A stretch of 64,000 bases of DNA from Mobula hypostoma. Taxonomy: Eukaryota. A model generated the notes under the pieces. That model did not search any database. It saw nothing but the letters and a program-made list of their open reading frames with translations, and was not told where the DNA came from. Positions 36,855 through 50,853 of this stretch are shown in pieces (the first letter of the stretch is position 1; each line of letters begins with the position of its first letter). The position numbers were made by a program, and so were the translations under genes. The stretch spans positions 80,788,001 to 80,852,000 of the forward strand of contig NC_086108.1 of NCBI RefSeq assembly GCF_963921235.1, read 5' to 3'.

Positions 36855-38197
36855 AAACACGAAAAAATCTGTAGATGCTGGAAGACCAAGGCAACACACA
36901 CAAAATGCTGGAGGAACTCAGTAGGCCAGGCAGCAGCTATGAAAAGGAATGAACTGTTCACGTTTCGGGCCGAGACACTTGATCAGGACTAGATTGAAAG
37001 ATGAGAAGTCAGAGTAAGAAGGTGGGGGCAGGAGAGGAAGATTTTTCAAGAAGGCAGGTGATAGGTGAAACTGGGAGAAGGGAAGGGAGTGAAGTAAAGA
37101 GCTGGGAAGTTAATTGGTGAAAGAGATGAAAGGGCTAGAGGAGGGGAAATCTGATAGGAGAGGATAGATCATGGAAAAAAGGGAAGGAGGACCACCAGAG
37201 GGGGGTGATGTGCAGGGAGGGAAAAGGATGAGAGAGGGAAACAGGAATGGGGAATGGTGAAGGGGGGGTGGGGACAATTGGCAGAAGTTCAAGCCGTCAG
37301 ATTGGAGGCTACCCAGATAGGATATATATAAGGTTTTGCTGCTCCAACCTGAGTGTGGCCCCATCGCAACAGTAGGTGCTCAGCGAAGCGATCTCCCAAC
37401 CTGCATCAGGTCTCACCGATATACGGGAGTCCACACCAGGAGCGGCGGATAGAGTAGATGACCCCAGCAGGCTCACAGGTGAAGTGTCACCTCACCCGGA
37501 AGGACTGTTTGGGGCCCTGGTGGTAGTGAGGGAGGAGATGTGGCACTTGTTCCACATGCAAGGATAAGTACCAGGAGGAAGAATGGTGGAGAGGGGTGAG
37601 TGAACAGCGGGGTCACGTACGGAGCGATTCCTGCCAAAAATGGGCGGGGGTGTTTGAGGGAAAGATGTGCTTAGTGATGGGATCCTGTTGGAAATGGCAG
37701 AATTTATGGAGAATTTTGTGCTGGGAGCAGAGGCTAACAGGCTGGTAGGTGAGCATAAGAGGCCAGGGAACTTGAAGTCTTTGAAAAGATCAAAAGCGAG
37801 TGAAGTGTCATGGATGTAGGTATGAAGGGACTGAACCAGAAGGGGCGATGAAACAGAGTCGGGGTGTGCGGATATAAGTTCAGTGGGGCAGGAACAAGCA
37901 GAAACAAATGGTCCACCTGGACAGGCAGATAGAAACAGGAGCTGTGGAGTAAGGGAACTATGAGGTTTGTGGCAGTGGATGCGAGATCCCCAGAGTAAAT
38001 AAGGTTGGTGATGGTGGTGAAGACATCGGCTTGGTGCCCCTTACTTGAGTCCCGCAAGGGGTAAGTAAGATGAGGTGTCTGAGAGTTGTCGCCTGGCCTC
38101 GGCAAGGTAGTGATCAGTCTGCCAGACTACTACAGCACTTCTTTTATCTGCGGGTTTGATGATGTGATTAGGATTAGTGCAGAGAGAGTAGACAGGC
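36855..38197 (-). mobile_element. Older, internally deleted Penelope-like element
   Basis: Colinear with 8339-9427, plus an RT N-terminal remnant IIKPADKRSAVVVWQTDHYLAEARRQLSD near 38070-38170. Confidence 0.8.
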
Positions 38198-39574
38198 ATG
38201 CTTATGGAACTCACCTTCCACCTTTTTCCTTACCTATCTATGGTGACACGTCAGCCCAGTAAGGGGAAAGCAACTCAGGTTTTTCACGGAAGTTCAAACA
38301 GGCTGTTCATCAAACTTCACCTTGATAAACAGCCTGTTCAAATAGAAATATTTCAAAGAGAACCTCTCTTTATTTTGCACAATTTGTTTCTTTTTCTCTC
38401 TGTGCATTGGGTGTTTGATGATCTTTTTTTATGGGTTCTTCTGGGGTTTCTTTGAAGTCAATACACCTAGCAGATTAACAACCAAGAAAATGTTTTACTT
38501 TATGAGAGGTGTCAGTAGTGATATGGCTGTTACTTCAGATTACTGAAATGTCCAGGTGTAGTGAGTGACAACGGTTTGAAGATGGTCAGAATAATCAGGT
38601 GTGAAGTGTTCAAGGGCAGAGGTCAAGGGTATGTGAAATGGGGGATCAGTTGTCCATTTCATCTGAAATGGCATGCTGGCAACCAGAGGTACATTTACTT
38701 TGGCTTTACAGTAATCCAGTGAATTATGTTGCACTGTGCCAGTATGGAATGACTGCCGACAATAAACTCAGCAGCATAATTTACTACTTCTTCCCCTTGA
38801 AGCTGTCAGGACATTGGCACAGTGCTGTTAACTCAGAGCCAAGAAAGCAGACATGCAGACTTAATTCTACATTGAAAGCACAATTTAAAGTAGGGTCCTT
38901 GTAAAATACAAATGAAATGTTTGTTATTTTTTATTTTTGTCATTGCATCAGCCAGTTAGCAATTCTGTTTTAAAAAAATAGAAATTGATATACAAAGGCA
39001 AATCTTATTCGGAGGCAAATATGACATTCAAAAAAGAATGTAATACTAATGATGTCTTTCAGAAATCTTCAGCAATTTTATAGTTCCAAGTTAGGTGTTA
39101 AGTATCAAAAACTGGGAAACATTTTATAAAACAATAAAGATTTGATATTTTGATGGATAAGGACTATTTTCCCATTGGGAATGAACAGTGAACTGTTTGT
39201 TCCATTGAACCATTTTCCTGGATCAGATGTGAGGTTCTCTTGTATTGACTGCAGTACCCTTTGAAAACATAACAACAGACCTTTGGCAGGATTGAGTTCA
39301 TTTTTATGGTTTGAACTGTAGCCTGTTTCCTGGGTCAGTGGTGAAGTATACAAATCTGGAGATAGGTTGCTCAGTACAGGAAATTTGCATGTTTTTTTAA
39401 TCAGTTTCTGCATATTGCTTCCATATTCAAATGCACTGGTAGGAATTCAAGGCAACGCGATGTGCGGCTTTGAACCAAAAGAAAAGATATGAAACAAAAT
39501 GACAGCACGTAATGTACTGACGTGGGACCAGAGCCTGGAGAACGGACAGACAATGGAGTGGGCGTAGAGGTTGC

Positions 39575-39820
39575 ACAGCAGAGTAGCGGTTAGCGCAACA
39601 TTATAATAGCGCCAGTGACCTGGGTTCAATTCCTACTACTGTTTGTGAGGAATTTATACATTGTCCCTGTGACCGCATCAGTTTCCTCTGGGTGCTCCGG
39701 TTTCATCCCACGTTCTAAATACATGAAGGTTGGTAGGTTAATTGGTCACCAGCGTGTAATTGTATGGTGCAGGCTCATTGGCCTGCTACCATGCCGCATC
39801 CCTGAATAAGCTAAATAAAT
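39575..39820 (+). mobile_element. tRNA-derived SINE
   Basis: agtagcggttagcgc...cctgggttcaattcc...gggtgctccggtttc. Confidence 0.7.
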
Positions 39821-39900
39821 GTAAGTGATAGGCTCACGTTCAACTTAGGAGGTTGTGCTTAGATGGGATCCAAAGATCATCCCAGCTATTCACCATCTAT

Positions 39901-39963
39901 AGTACTGTGCAAAAGTCTGAGGCAGATATATATAGCTTGGGTGCCTAAGACTTTTACACAGTA
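39901..39963. mobile_element. Minimal Tc1-type hairpin MITE (second copy 40563-40623)
   Basis: actgtgcaaaagtctgaggca...tgcctaagacttttacacagt: two TIRs separated by ~18 nt. Confidence 0.65.
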
Positions 39964-42900
39964 ATTGTATGTATTGCACTGTACTGCTGCCCCAGTACCA
40001 AACAAACTTCATGACCTTTGTGAGTGATGATAAACCTGATTTTGATAGGGCTGTCTTTTGTTGACTGAAAGTGGGAAGGGGCCAGGGAGAGGGGAATCAT
40101 GGTTGGGAAAAGGGGAAGGGTGAGGGGAGAGAGCAGGAAGCACCAGAGATACATTCTGTAATGATCAATAAACCAATTGTTTGGAATCAAATGGCGTTGC
40201 CTGGTGTCTCTGGGCTGTGTGCATCTGTATCCGCACCACACTCCCCCCCCATCCACTGCCCTTGGCACTCCTCTATCTTGGCACCCATCCTGTGGCACTC
40301 CATCCTCACCATTATCATTATCCTTTGCTCCTCAATAAGCAATTAAGGTAAATTGGCCTATTGCTAGAGATTTGAGTACAAGAGTAAGAGAACACCACAA
40401 CACCAAAAAAGCCCTTTGGCCCATCTAGTCCATGCTGACCCATTAACCTGACTAGTCCCAGTGACCTGCACCTGGACTATAGCTCTTCATGCCCCTCCCA
40501 TCCATGTGCCTATCCAAATTTCTCTTATATGTTGCTATCTGCTCCACCTTGACAAACACAGAACTGTGCAAAAGTCTTAGGCACTCCAGCTATATATATG
40601 TGCCTAAGACTTGCTCAGTACTGCATGTTAATGACTTGGATATTGATCAAAGCTCGGTGGCAAAGTGAGCTGTGTGGAGGACGAAGGGAGGCTTCAGGAG
40701 CATATTGGCAGGCTAGCATTAAATGTGAAATCAGCTTATAAAAGAAAACTGTGAAATTGAAAGCTGTTGTGTTCAAAAGGACCTAGATCTCCTTGTACAC
40801 GAATCAGTAAGTTAGTGCACGTGTGCAATAAGCAGTTACAAGGGTAATGGCCTTTATTGCCAGAAGATTTGAGTTCAAGAGTCATAGAACACTACAGCAT
40901 GGAAACAGGCTTTTTGACCCATCTAATCCATGCTGAACCATTAACCTGCCTAGTCCATTCAACCTGCACTGGACCATAGCTCTCAATACCCCTCCCACCA
41001 ATGTACCTATCCAAATTCCTCTTAAGTGTTGAAATCGAGCCTGCATCCATCACTTCCACTTATTTACTCATTGATTAATTGATTGAGATACAGTGCGGAA
41101 TAGGCCCTTTGAGTCGCAGCTACCGATTTAACCCTAGTCTAATCACAAGATAATTTACAATGATCAATTAACCTATCAGCCGATTTCCTCATGTTCCCCT
41201 TAAACATTTCACCTTTCACCCTTAACCCACCCCCTCGAGTTGTAGTCTCACCTAACCTCAGTGGAAAAAGCCCGCTTGCATCTACCCTATCTATACCCCA
41301 CATAATTTTGTACACTCTATCAAATTTCCCCTCAGTCTTCTGTGTTCTGGGGATTAAATTCCTAACCTATTCAACCTTTCCCTGTAACTCAAGTCCTCAA
41401 GTCCTGGTAACATGCATTTAAATTTTCTCTGCGCTCTTTCAATCTTATTTGCATCTTTCCTATAGATAAGTGACTAAAACTGCAGACGATACTCTAAATT
41501 AGACCTCACCAATGTGCCTTCATAAAGTGAAAACATCTGACTGAAATTGTGTAGAAATCTGATGAGACAGCAGCTGTAACATTACGTACAAGTCTCATCT
41601 CCCTTACTTGGAATTAAGTAAGTGCAGCAAAGATTCACCAGACTGATGCCTGGAATGTGGGAATTGTCCAATGAGGGAAGTTTAGGATTTGGGCCTATAC
41701 TTGTTTGTAAACATTTAGAAGGATAAGAGGTAGTCACATTAAAATTTATGAAATTCTTTTCATGGAATCATAGAAGATGTCCATTCAGCACTTCATATCT
41801 GAGCTGACACTCAACAGATTCTCCTCTGTAACTTTGCAAATTTATCCTCACCACGCATTTGCCCAATTTTCTTTTGAAGGGTACTGTTAGGGTGTATTCT
41901 GCAGTTATCGTATATAGCAAATACTACTTTTAACAGCAGCCAGTCTTCAGACCTGAACGTGGATTGTAGATTGAACTTAAAACACAGCTCTGAATAATGG
42001 TCTTCCTGGAACTGAATTTTGGGGGTTGATTGCAAACAAAGAACCACTCCATTCGTTTGCAAAAGCCTACATATGCATGAATGCAGCCATTAACATTCAT
42101 TTTGGGTGTTTGGACTGTGGGTGTGAAGACAGAGATGTTTAAAAATTATATGTAATTCAAAGGAAGCATTGTAGAGATATTGTAAGTATAGAATTGTCTT
42201 ATCGTTATCTGAATCCTGATAAAGGAGCTCGGCCTGAAAAATTGACTGTTTACTCTTTTCCATAGATACTTCCTGGCCTGCTGAGTTCCTCCAGCATTTT
42301 GTGTGTTTTGCTTTGATTTCCAGCATATGCAGATTTTCTCTCGATTCTGCCATTACCTTTGATCTTTAGCATATAAAAATGTCATGTAATATTGGGTCAG
42401 ATGGGCCTCTTCTTCCAAGAGCATCTCGAATAGCTGCTTGTTTTGCTGAATAAAGATTTCTATATCCACTAGCTTCAGTGTCTCCCCGGTGACTTTGTTC
42501 ACAGTTACTGTATTTGGGGGCTCATCCAGGGTATGTTCATATCTCACCATGTGGCCAGCGATCTCAGCAATCTGAGTGGGTGAGTGTTTTTTTTTATGAT
42601 TAGTATTCACACTTAGATTTGTTCAGGCCAATGACTGCGAGATCACAAAGTACCATAGGTATGGCAGAGAGCTGAGCCAGTAGATATAAAAGTAATGTAG
42701 AGTGTGTGCATGCATGTGTGTTTATGTAAGAGAATAGACATTTTGTGTTAATGTGGTGAAACTGGGCCACCAGTTGTGAAGGATAGTTACTGACCATTAG
42801 GGACACCAGTGGGGTGCGTTTATACTCATTTGGGAAACTGTATCGCAGCAGACACGTTTGTGAGTGTGTTTGTGTGTGTTAAGAATAGGTCTGTAATCTT

Positions 42901-43791
42901 GGTGTAAGTTTTAAATGCAAAGGAATACAGCAGGCATTATGAGTTCAGACCCACATCATTGGCAGGTTGCAGATGACGTACTCTGTGGTTTTAAGTATGT
43001 TTACGTAAGTTTTAAGATACAATGCAACATACCTCTACCAGGTTCACACATACTGCATAAAGAAAGATTTTCCTCATCACTTTTAGTTGTTCCCCTTTAA
43101 TTTATATCTGAAACCTCTTGCCCTTAACCCTCCTGTAAAGGGAACAGCATCCCATTATCCATTCTTGCAATCTCCCTCATCATTTTATACACTTCTAAGC
43201 CTCTCCCATCCATCCCTTTATGAATGATACACTCAGGCCTGGAACCATTCTGAGAAATCCTATCTGGTTGCTCTCTAACGCCTATACATTTCTCTGAAAA
43301 TGCGGTGACAGCAATAAGCACATTAGCCCAGCTGAGGCCAGACCAGAGTTTATCCAGGTTCAGCTTGGATAGGAGGTTGGCTGACTGGCAGGAAGCAAAG
43401 AGTGAGAATAAAGAGAGCATTTTCTAGCTGGTTGCCGGTAACTAGTGGTGCTCCGCTGGGGTTGGTGTAGGGACTACTTATTTTTAGGTTAAATATCAAT
43501 GATTTGGATGATGGAATAGATGGTTTTGTGGTCGTTTGCAGATGATATGAATATAGGTGAAGGGGCAGGTAGAGTTAAGGAAGCAGGGAGTCTACAGAAG
43601 GACTTAGACAGAGTGGGAGAACGCTCAAAGAAGTGGCAGATGGAATATAGTGTAGGGAAGTGTATGGTCATGCACTTTGGTAGAAGGAATAGAGGCAGAG
43701 ACTATTTGCTAAGTGGGGAGAAAATTCAAAAATCAGAGGTGCTGAGGGACTTGGGAGTCTTTGTGCAGGATACCCTAGGTTAACTTTCAGG

Positions 43792-45362
43792 CAATGTTCC
43801 CCCTAAGGTGTACGGTTCTGTGCACACACATCTTTTGCTACTAGTGCACAAAGGAATTTAAACCGCGCACAAAAAGTTGTCACCCTCTAGCTCGTTGGCA
43901 TGATAAGCATACTTCGCGATCGTACACAATCACATTTGCTTTTCGGTTTTCTGATGCGAATGGTGTCAACAACATGGAGTTGGCAATGATTTGTCTGCAG
44001 ATTTTAGAACAGGCTTAGTTATACCATTTTTATTGAAGAAATTATTGATTCACTATTGTCGAATTCCAAAGAAGCAAAGGGCTTGAAGCGCAAAGGAACT
44101 TCTCGTTCACTTAAAGCAGAATTGCTTAATGAAACAGTAGAAACTGCTGCACCAAAAGCTCATGAGGTCAGGAGCGTGCAGCTATGAGAAATATTTATGT
44201 TGTTACATACCTTGTGGGTATCTTGTGACTGTCTTATGACCATGATGTAATTGAGTATCTTGTGAGCATGATGTAATGGTCTTGTGATGGTGGGGTGATG
44301 TAATTTTCCCGCCAGTGTGAGGTCACATGATGACATGTTCTCAACAGGTGTATAACAGGAAACCCTTGTTACGCAGTTCAGTTCATTGTTTAATTTGTCA
44401 GTTACTCTGTTAGGCTGCGTATTCGTCTCATGACGCAGTTTCGTTTTAGAGTGGAGTTTTACTTTCTATTGTAAGTCTAGTATTGGAGAGTGAGGACCTT
44501 ACTAAAGTACGGGAACCTGAAGGATCAAGTAAAGTTGGTGTCTTTTGGCGGTTTAACACAGGATCGACCTTATTGAATCTTCATTCAGAAATAGTGGCCT
44601 GCATCTGAGATAACCCCTGTAAGATCAGGAAGGTTTGTGCAGTGTTCATTCGCCAGGACAAGGTCAGTTCCTTTAAGCCGTTTTATTTCCTTCATCGTGA
44701 ATCCTTTGGACGGGATCATCAGTAACATCACATCTTCAAAGAAATCTGTTTCCAGAGAAGTCTCTCCTTATTGACTGTGTAAATCACTTGGACTTCCGAA
44801 TTTACCATTTTAAGACTGTGTTCAAATTTACCATTTTAAGAACTGTGTTCGAATTTACCATTTTAAGAACTGTTCCGGAGTTGCCATATAGCAGTTGACT
44901 TCCGGTTAAGTTAGTCGTTTGAATACTTTTCGCTATTGTTGAGCAGAGTTTAATAAATGTTTATGTTTGTTTATAAAACTTGACTCAATTTTATATTCAT
45001 TGCTGCTGGTCACGTGACAATGTACAATACAGAAACTGGTGTTACCTGCATGTAACATGATGCAAAAGTTGTTGGAGAATTTGCAAGTGGGAAGAAGTGG
45101 AGTAATATCTGGAAACTTGTCTTTTTAAAGCGTTATTTAGCAAGCAAATCACATATGTACAGTGTGCAAAAGCTCTGGTGAGAAAATCCTTCATTACCTG
45201 CTATAGGCCTGCTACAGACCTGCTACATAGGTTTTGCTAGCTGTTAAAATGAATACCTTTATATATAAAATTCAGTGTACACATGTTGTTGTCCCTGGGC
45301 AAAAAATTGCACAGCACAAGATTTTTGCACACACTGATCATTACAAATTAGAGGGAACATTG
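43792..45362. mobile_element. Non-autonomous hAT transposon
   Basis: TIRs CAATGTTCCCCCTAA / TTAGAGGGAACATTG; 8-bp TSD CTTTCAGG / CTTGCTGG (2 mismatches). A shorter, inverted relative lies at ~48709-49012. Confidence 0.8.
44201..45019 (+). mobile_element. Solo LTR (819 bp)
   Basis: TGTTAC...GTGACA termini, 4-bp TSD ATGT, TATA-like ~44350, AATAAA ~44953, and three ~26-bp tandem units at 44799-44875. Confidence 0.85.
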
Positions 45363-45838
45363 CTTGCTGGTTGGGTCAGAGGTAAAGAAAACAAATGCAA
45401 TCATTTTGAGAGGACTAGAATATAAAAGCAAGGATGTAATGCTGAGGATTTATAAGGCATTGGTCAGACTGCCCTTGGTGTATTGTGAGCAGTTCTGGGC
45501 CCATTGTAAGAAAAGATGCGCTCGTATTGGAGTGGGTCCAGAGGAAGTTCAAGAGAATGATTCCAGGAATAAACGGGTTACTGTATGAGGAGCGTTTGAT
45601 GGCTTTGGGCCTGTACTCCCTGGAGTAAAGAAGAATGCAGGGTGATCTCAGTGAAATCTATTGAATATTAAAAGGCCTAGATAGAGTGGATGCGGAGAAG
45701 ATGTTTTCTATAGTGGGTGGGCCTAGGATCAGAGGGATACCCATTTAGAACTGAGATGAGGAGGAATTCCTTTAGCAAGAGGGTGGTGAATCTGTGGAAT
45801 TCATTGCCACAACTGTGGAGGCCAAGTCATCGAGTATA

Positions 45839-46149
45839 TGAGGGGTGATTGATAGGATTGTGGCCTAAGGTAGAAGGAGATGAGTTATTAACTTCGAACT
45901 TTCTGCATAATCACTCAAAGAGTTGACCTGCATGTGTATATAACGAGAGCTGTATAACTATCTCCTTCTACCTTAGGCCACGAACTTATCAATCACCCCT
46001 GCTGTGGACACTTTCTACAAAGAAGGGATCCATATGCTCCACAACCGCTGGACTAAGTGTGTAAGTGTAGGAGGGGACTATGTTGAAAAATAAATGTGCT
46101 AGGTTTTCTAAAATTGACCTTAGGCCACGAACTTATCACTCACCCTTCA
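45839..46149. mobile_element. Mariner-type MITE
   Basis: TA flanks; TIRs TGAGGGGTGATTGATAGGATTGTGGCCTAAGG / CCTTAGGCCACGAACTTATCACTCACCCTTCA; internal TIR copy ~45970-46000. Confidence 0.8.
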
Positions 46150-47509
46150 TATTAAAGCGGAGGTTGATAGGTTCTTAATAGGTCAGGGCATCAAAGGTTA
46201 CAGGGAGAAAACAGGAGAATGGGGTTGAGAGGGATAATAAATCAGCCATGATGGAATGGTGGAATAGGCTCAACAGGCTGAATAGCCTAATTCTACTCCT
46301 GTTCCTTATGGTCTTATTTATCTGCAATTATTGATAAAGATCAGAAATGTCCTAATATTGCCTCTTCTCATTCTTCCTATCAAAATGCATCACCTTACAT
46401 TCCTAAATACTAAACATTACCTGCCTTGAGATTGCTCATTCCACCATTGCTTATATTCTGTACGGTTAACTAAACTGCCAAATGTTCTGTCATCTTCAAA
46501 GCTATAAATTGTGGCTTGCTACTTTTCATCAGAAAAGCATTAACTTCCTGAAAAGCCCTATCATTCACCTTTCTCAGGTATGAAAACAACCATAACCATG
46601 GCCCTCTGTTTGCCTGTTACTTACCCAACTTTGTATCTATTATAGAAATGTCTCTTTTATGCCTGTGTTTCAAGTGTGCTGATAAGTATTTTAGGTGTTA
46701 CCTTATCAAGTGTGTTCTGGAGGACCATGAACACCACCTCATTGTCAGTTCTGTCAGCTACTTCATCAAAGTCCTGTTGAAATAGTTAAACATAATTATC
46801 TCTTACAAAATTATACTGGCTTGCCTTAATTCATCTATTTTCCTTCAGATCAAAGTTTCTCAGAGATTTCCCAAACTGAATCACTGGACTTGTTGATAGA
46901 CTAGAAGAAGGGAAGGTATTTTCCCCTGTTGGTCTTTCTGGAATCCAGAGTCAGTTTTTCCATACTGAAATGAGAAAAAAAAGGGGAATGGCGAAACTTT
47001 GGAATTCTTCTTCCAGAGGGGAAGTGAAATCTTTGCTGTGAAGTTATTCAAGACCCAGGATGAAAGATTATCAGATATAAGGAAATCAAGGATTAGGGGG
47101 TTAGAACTGAAAGGTCGATGAGTTTAAAGGTCTACCATGATCTTATTGGATGGCAGAGCCAGCAGACAGGCCATGAAGTTTACTCCTTCTTCCAGTAATT
47201 ATGTTCTGATGATTTTTCATGCCATCCTGACTTGGACAATTATTATTGTCTCCATACAACATTCTTCCTAATCTATTGCCGGGTGTCTACCCTCATGAGC
47301 AGTTCAAGAGGAAGCTCTGTAAACACAGGTGTTGGCTCACCTCCTTCTGAGTCATAAGGTTGGGTGTCTTCACTGCCACCAGCATAAAGTCTGAACTGGC
47401 TTTCCAGGAAAGTACTAAGGAAGACCAATAATATTCCTTCTGCTTGTCTGCTATTTCAAATCATATATAGATATATCATATAGTGTTTTACTATCTACTA
47501 AAGGCAGAG

Positions 47510-48205
47510 AAAATACAAAAACCGAGGTGCAAAGGGATTTGGGAGTCCTTGAGCAAGATTACCTAAAGGTTAATTTGCAGGTTAAGTCTGTGGTGGGGAA
47601 GGCAAATGCAAAGTTAGCATTCATTTCAAGAGGACTAGAATATAAAAGCAAGGATGTAATGTTGAGACTTTTTCAAGCATTCGAGTATTGAGAGCAGGTT
47701 TGGGCTCCTTACCTTAGAAAGGATGTGATGAAACAGGAGAGGGTTCAAAGCGAGTTCACAAAAATGATTCCAGGATTGAATGGTTTGTCATATGAAGAGC
47801 ATTTGATTGCTCTGGGCCTGTATTCACTAGAATTCAGAAGAATGAGGGGTTGCCTCATCGAAATGTATCGAATGGTGAAAGGCCTTGATAGAGTGGGTGT
47901 GGAGACTATTTTTCCTTTGGTAGGATAGTGTAAGACCAGAGAACACAGTCTCAGAATTGAGAGTCATCCTTTTAGAACAGAGATGAGGAAGAATTTCTTT
48001 AGCCAGAGAGTGGTGAATCGATGGAATTCATTGCCACAGGCAGCTGTGGAGGCCAAGTCTTCATGAATTTTTAGGGCAGAGGTTGATAGGTTCTTGACTG
48101 GTCAGGGCATGAAGGGGTACAGGGAGAGGAAAATTGGATCAGTCATGATGAAATGGCGGGGCAAATGGCTTAATTTTGCTCCATATCTTATGGTCTTCCG
48201 GTCTT
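47510..48205 (+). mobile_element. CR1 LINE 3' fragment
   Basis: MIPGLNGLSYEE..LGLYSLEFRRMRG motif. Confidence 0.85.
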
Positions 48206-50853
48206 ATCTCATACCATTGCCAATTTCTGACAGCTTACAAAGAGGCTATTTGATTTTTCAAATCAATGCCAGAAGTCAGAGCAATTCCATCACTCCCATT
48301 CTCCCCATTTATCTTTATCTCTGTGGATGAAAATAATCTCAGGGCATAACTTCAGAAAAGAACAGTCAGTTCTCCCTAATGTCTAGGCATTTACTTCTAT
48401 CTCAATCAGTTTCAATAATATCAAATATTATCCTGTCATAATTGCAATCTTGCTTGTGAGCACCTGCTGTGAATAAATTGGCTGCTGCTTTTTCTATATT
48501 ATATTCACAGCAGATAATCCTTAGTTTACCAATGCTTGATTTGCAATTATTTTACTGTAACACCATTGACTCTTATGAAGTTATTTTTCACCATTACCAC
48601 TCTCCGTGGATAGAATACATTGTACTAAAATACCCAGAATGCATTTTGCCCTGCCTTTTCAATCTACAAAATTTCTCCGAACCAATGTTTCCTCTAACTT
48701 GTAATGACCAGGGTGCGCAAAAATCTTGTGCTGTGCAATTTTTTGACAACATATGCACACTGAATTTCTTCAATAAAAACAGTTTAAATAAGCTAGTTCT
48801 AAAATCTGCAGATAATCATTCCAAACTCCAAATTGTCAACACAATCGGCATCAGAAACCGGAAAAGGAAATGTGAGTGTGTATGATTGTAAAGTATACTT
48901 AGCATGCCAGCGAGGTAGAGGGTGACAACTTTTTGTTCACTGTTTAAATTCCTTTGTGCACTAGTAGCAAAAGGTGTGTGCGCACACATGGGCATGTCTT
49001 AGAGGGAACACTGCACCTAACTGATGTTTTCCAGGAATGCACCCTCTTGGAAAATTGAGTAACAGCTGCACACTTCAAAGGTTCTTTCCACCTCAGATAC
49101 AGCTGTCCTCACCATTGAGGTAATCTATAAAAGACGATGACTTTGAAAGGCAAGATTCATCATTAAGGACCCCAGCCACCCAGACTTGCATTCTTCTCAT
49201 TCCTGCCATACACCTCAAGGTACAACGAAAGCTTGTTCCCAACTACCATTGGGTTCCTGGACTGACCTGAATATCCCTCGTTCTACCGTGGACTATACTC
49301 CTTCAACTTGCACTAATGTTATTATGTTTCCTTCTGTTTATTTGATCACATAGACTTTGTATAATTTGTGTCAATTTAAGTTTAAGTAACTTCTATTTAT
49401 CATAGTTGTAATGTACTGTGCTGCTGCAGAATTTACATGACATTTATACCCTGGGTATAAACACCCATGATGAAAGATTTAAGCTTGAACTTCAATTTTA
49501 TTGGCCATCAATGAAGTGCTAAGTAGCACTTGGAAAGCTACAGATGAACACAACTGACCTTTCAATGCCACCCGCATTCTGAGAATGCATAAAATATCAA
49601 TAGAGGTGTGACGCTACCAAGCAACAGAACGAGAAGGAAAGTAGAGCCAATGTGATGCATAATCATTGCTGTGGGCTGCAAAAATATTAAACTTGAACTA
49701 ACAAAACCAGAAGCTGCTGTTTATAGTTCAGTGAAGGTATGCAGTCTATGAAGTTTTCCATTGTAGGGAGAGAGTTGTAAATTCTGCAGCTGGTTTTGTG
49801 ACAGGGTTTGTGACTCAGGGGTTCATTTAGTTATGTAACTTAGAAAACTTAAATCCCATCCTTAAGCTTATGAAGTTGAAGTGGACAATTTTTTTTGGCT
49901 GCAAGGGAATCAAAGTTTATAGAGTTCATATGTTGTTAATGTAGCAGCTTTGGAGAAAGCTAAATAACTAAGCTGCTATAGATTCTCCCCGTGACCGGGT
50001 CGCTTTCCAGTTTCTTCCCACAGTCCAGACATACCAGTTGGTAGGATAATTGGTCATTGTAAATTGTCCTGCGATGAGGTGAGGGTGAAAATGTGGTTGC
50101 TGTGCAGTGTGGAAGGACCTGTTCTGCGCTGTATCCCAATACTGTAAATAAAAAGCAGAGAACCTGACAGTGATAGTGGGAAAATTTTTGCACAATGTTC
50201 TGAGGAATTCTATAAATCAGCTCTTGGAGAGGCAGGTTAATTGAGGTGAGACAGCATAGATCTGTTAAGGGAAACGTGTCTGACGAAACTGAACACCTCA
50301 GTAAGATATTACAGTGTATCAATGAGCAGTGCATTGGATATTATCAAGGTGTTTAATAAAGTCTATAAGACATATTGATGACGAAAGTGAAAGCCCATGG
50401 GATCCAAGCAAGGTGGTGCTGAGTTAAACACCGGCTCGATGGCGAAACACAAAGACTAATGGTCAACTGGAGTTTTATCATCTCGCAGGCTGTACTTCAG
50501 TAACTTCTTCAGTGTCAAGCACTCTACAATTTAACATTGACATAAGTAGTGTGGACTTAAATGAAAGGGCCATGGTTAATAAGTACAATATGGAGTCAGA
50601 GTCATAAAAAAGTGCAGCACAGAAACAGCCTATCTAGTCCATGCCAAAACCATTTCAACTGCCTACTCCCATCGAGTTGCACCAGGACCATAGCTCTCTA
50701 TACCCCGACTGTCCATGTACCTATCCAAACTTCGCTTAAAAGTTGAAATTGAGCTTGCATGTACTTGTGCTGGCAGCTCGTTCCAAACTTTCATGACCCT
50801 CAGAATGAAGAAGTTTTCTTCATGTTCCCCTTAAGCCTTTTGCCTTTCACTCT

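Larger units (their letters stand above)
43370..46320 (+). mobile_element. CR1 LINE interrupted by hAT and mariner insertions
   Basis: FADD...LQKDLDR...DLGV before 43791; resumes at 45363 (LVRLPLVYCEQFW) and continues to the 3'UTR. Confidence 0.85.

Noticed and set aside
39105..39413. 102-aa minus-strand ORF
   Set aside because: No homology or motif recognised; AT-rich, with no supporting neighbouring exons.
44799..44875. Three ~26-bp direct repeats resembling a CRISPR array
   Set aside because: Head-to-tail repeats with no unique spacers, inside a solo LTR of a vertebrate genome; no cas genes.
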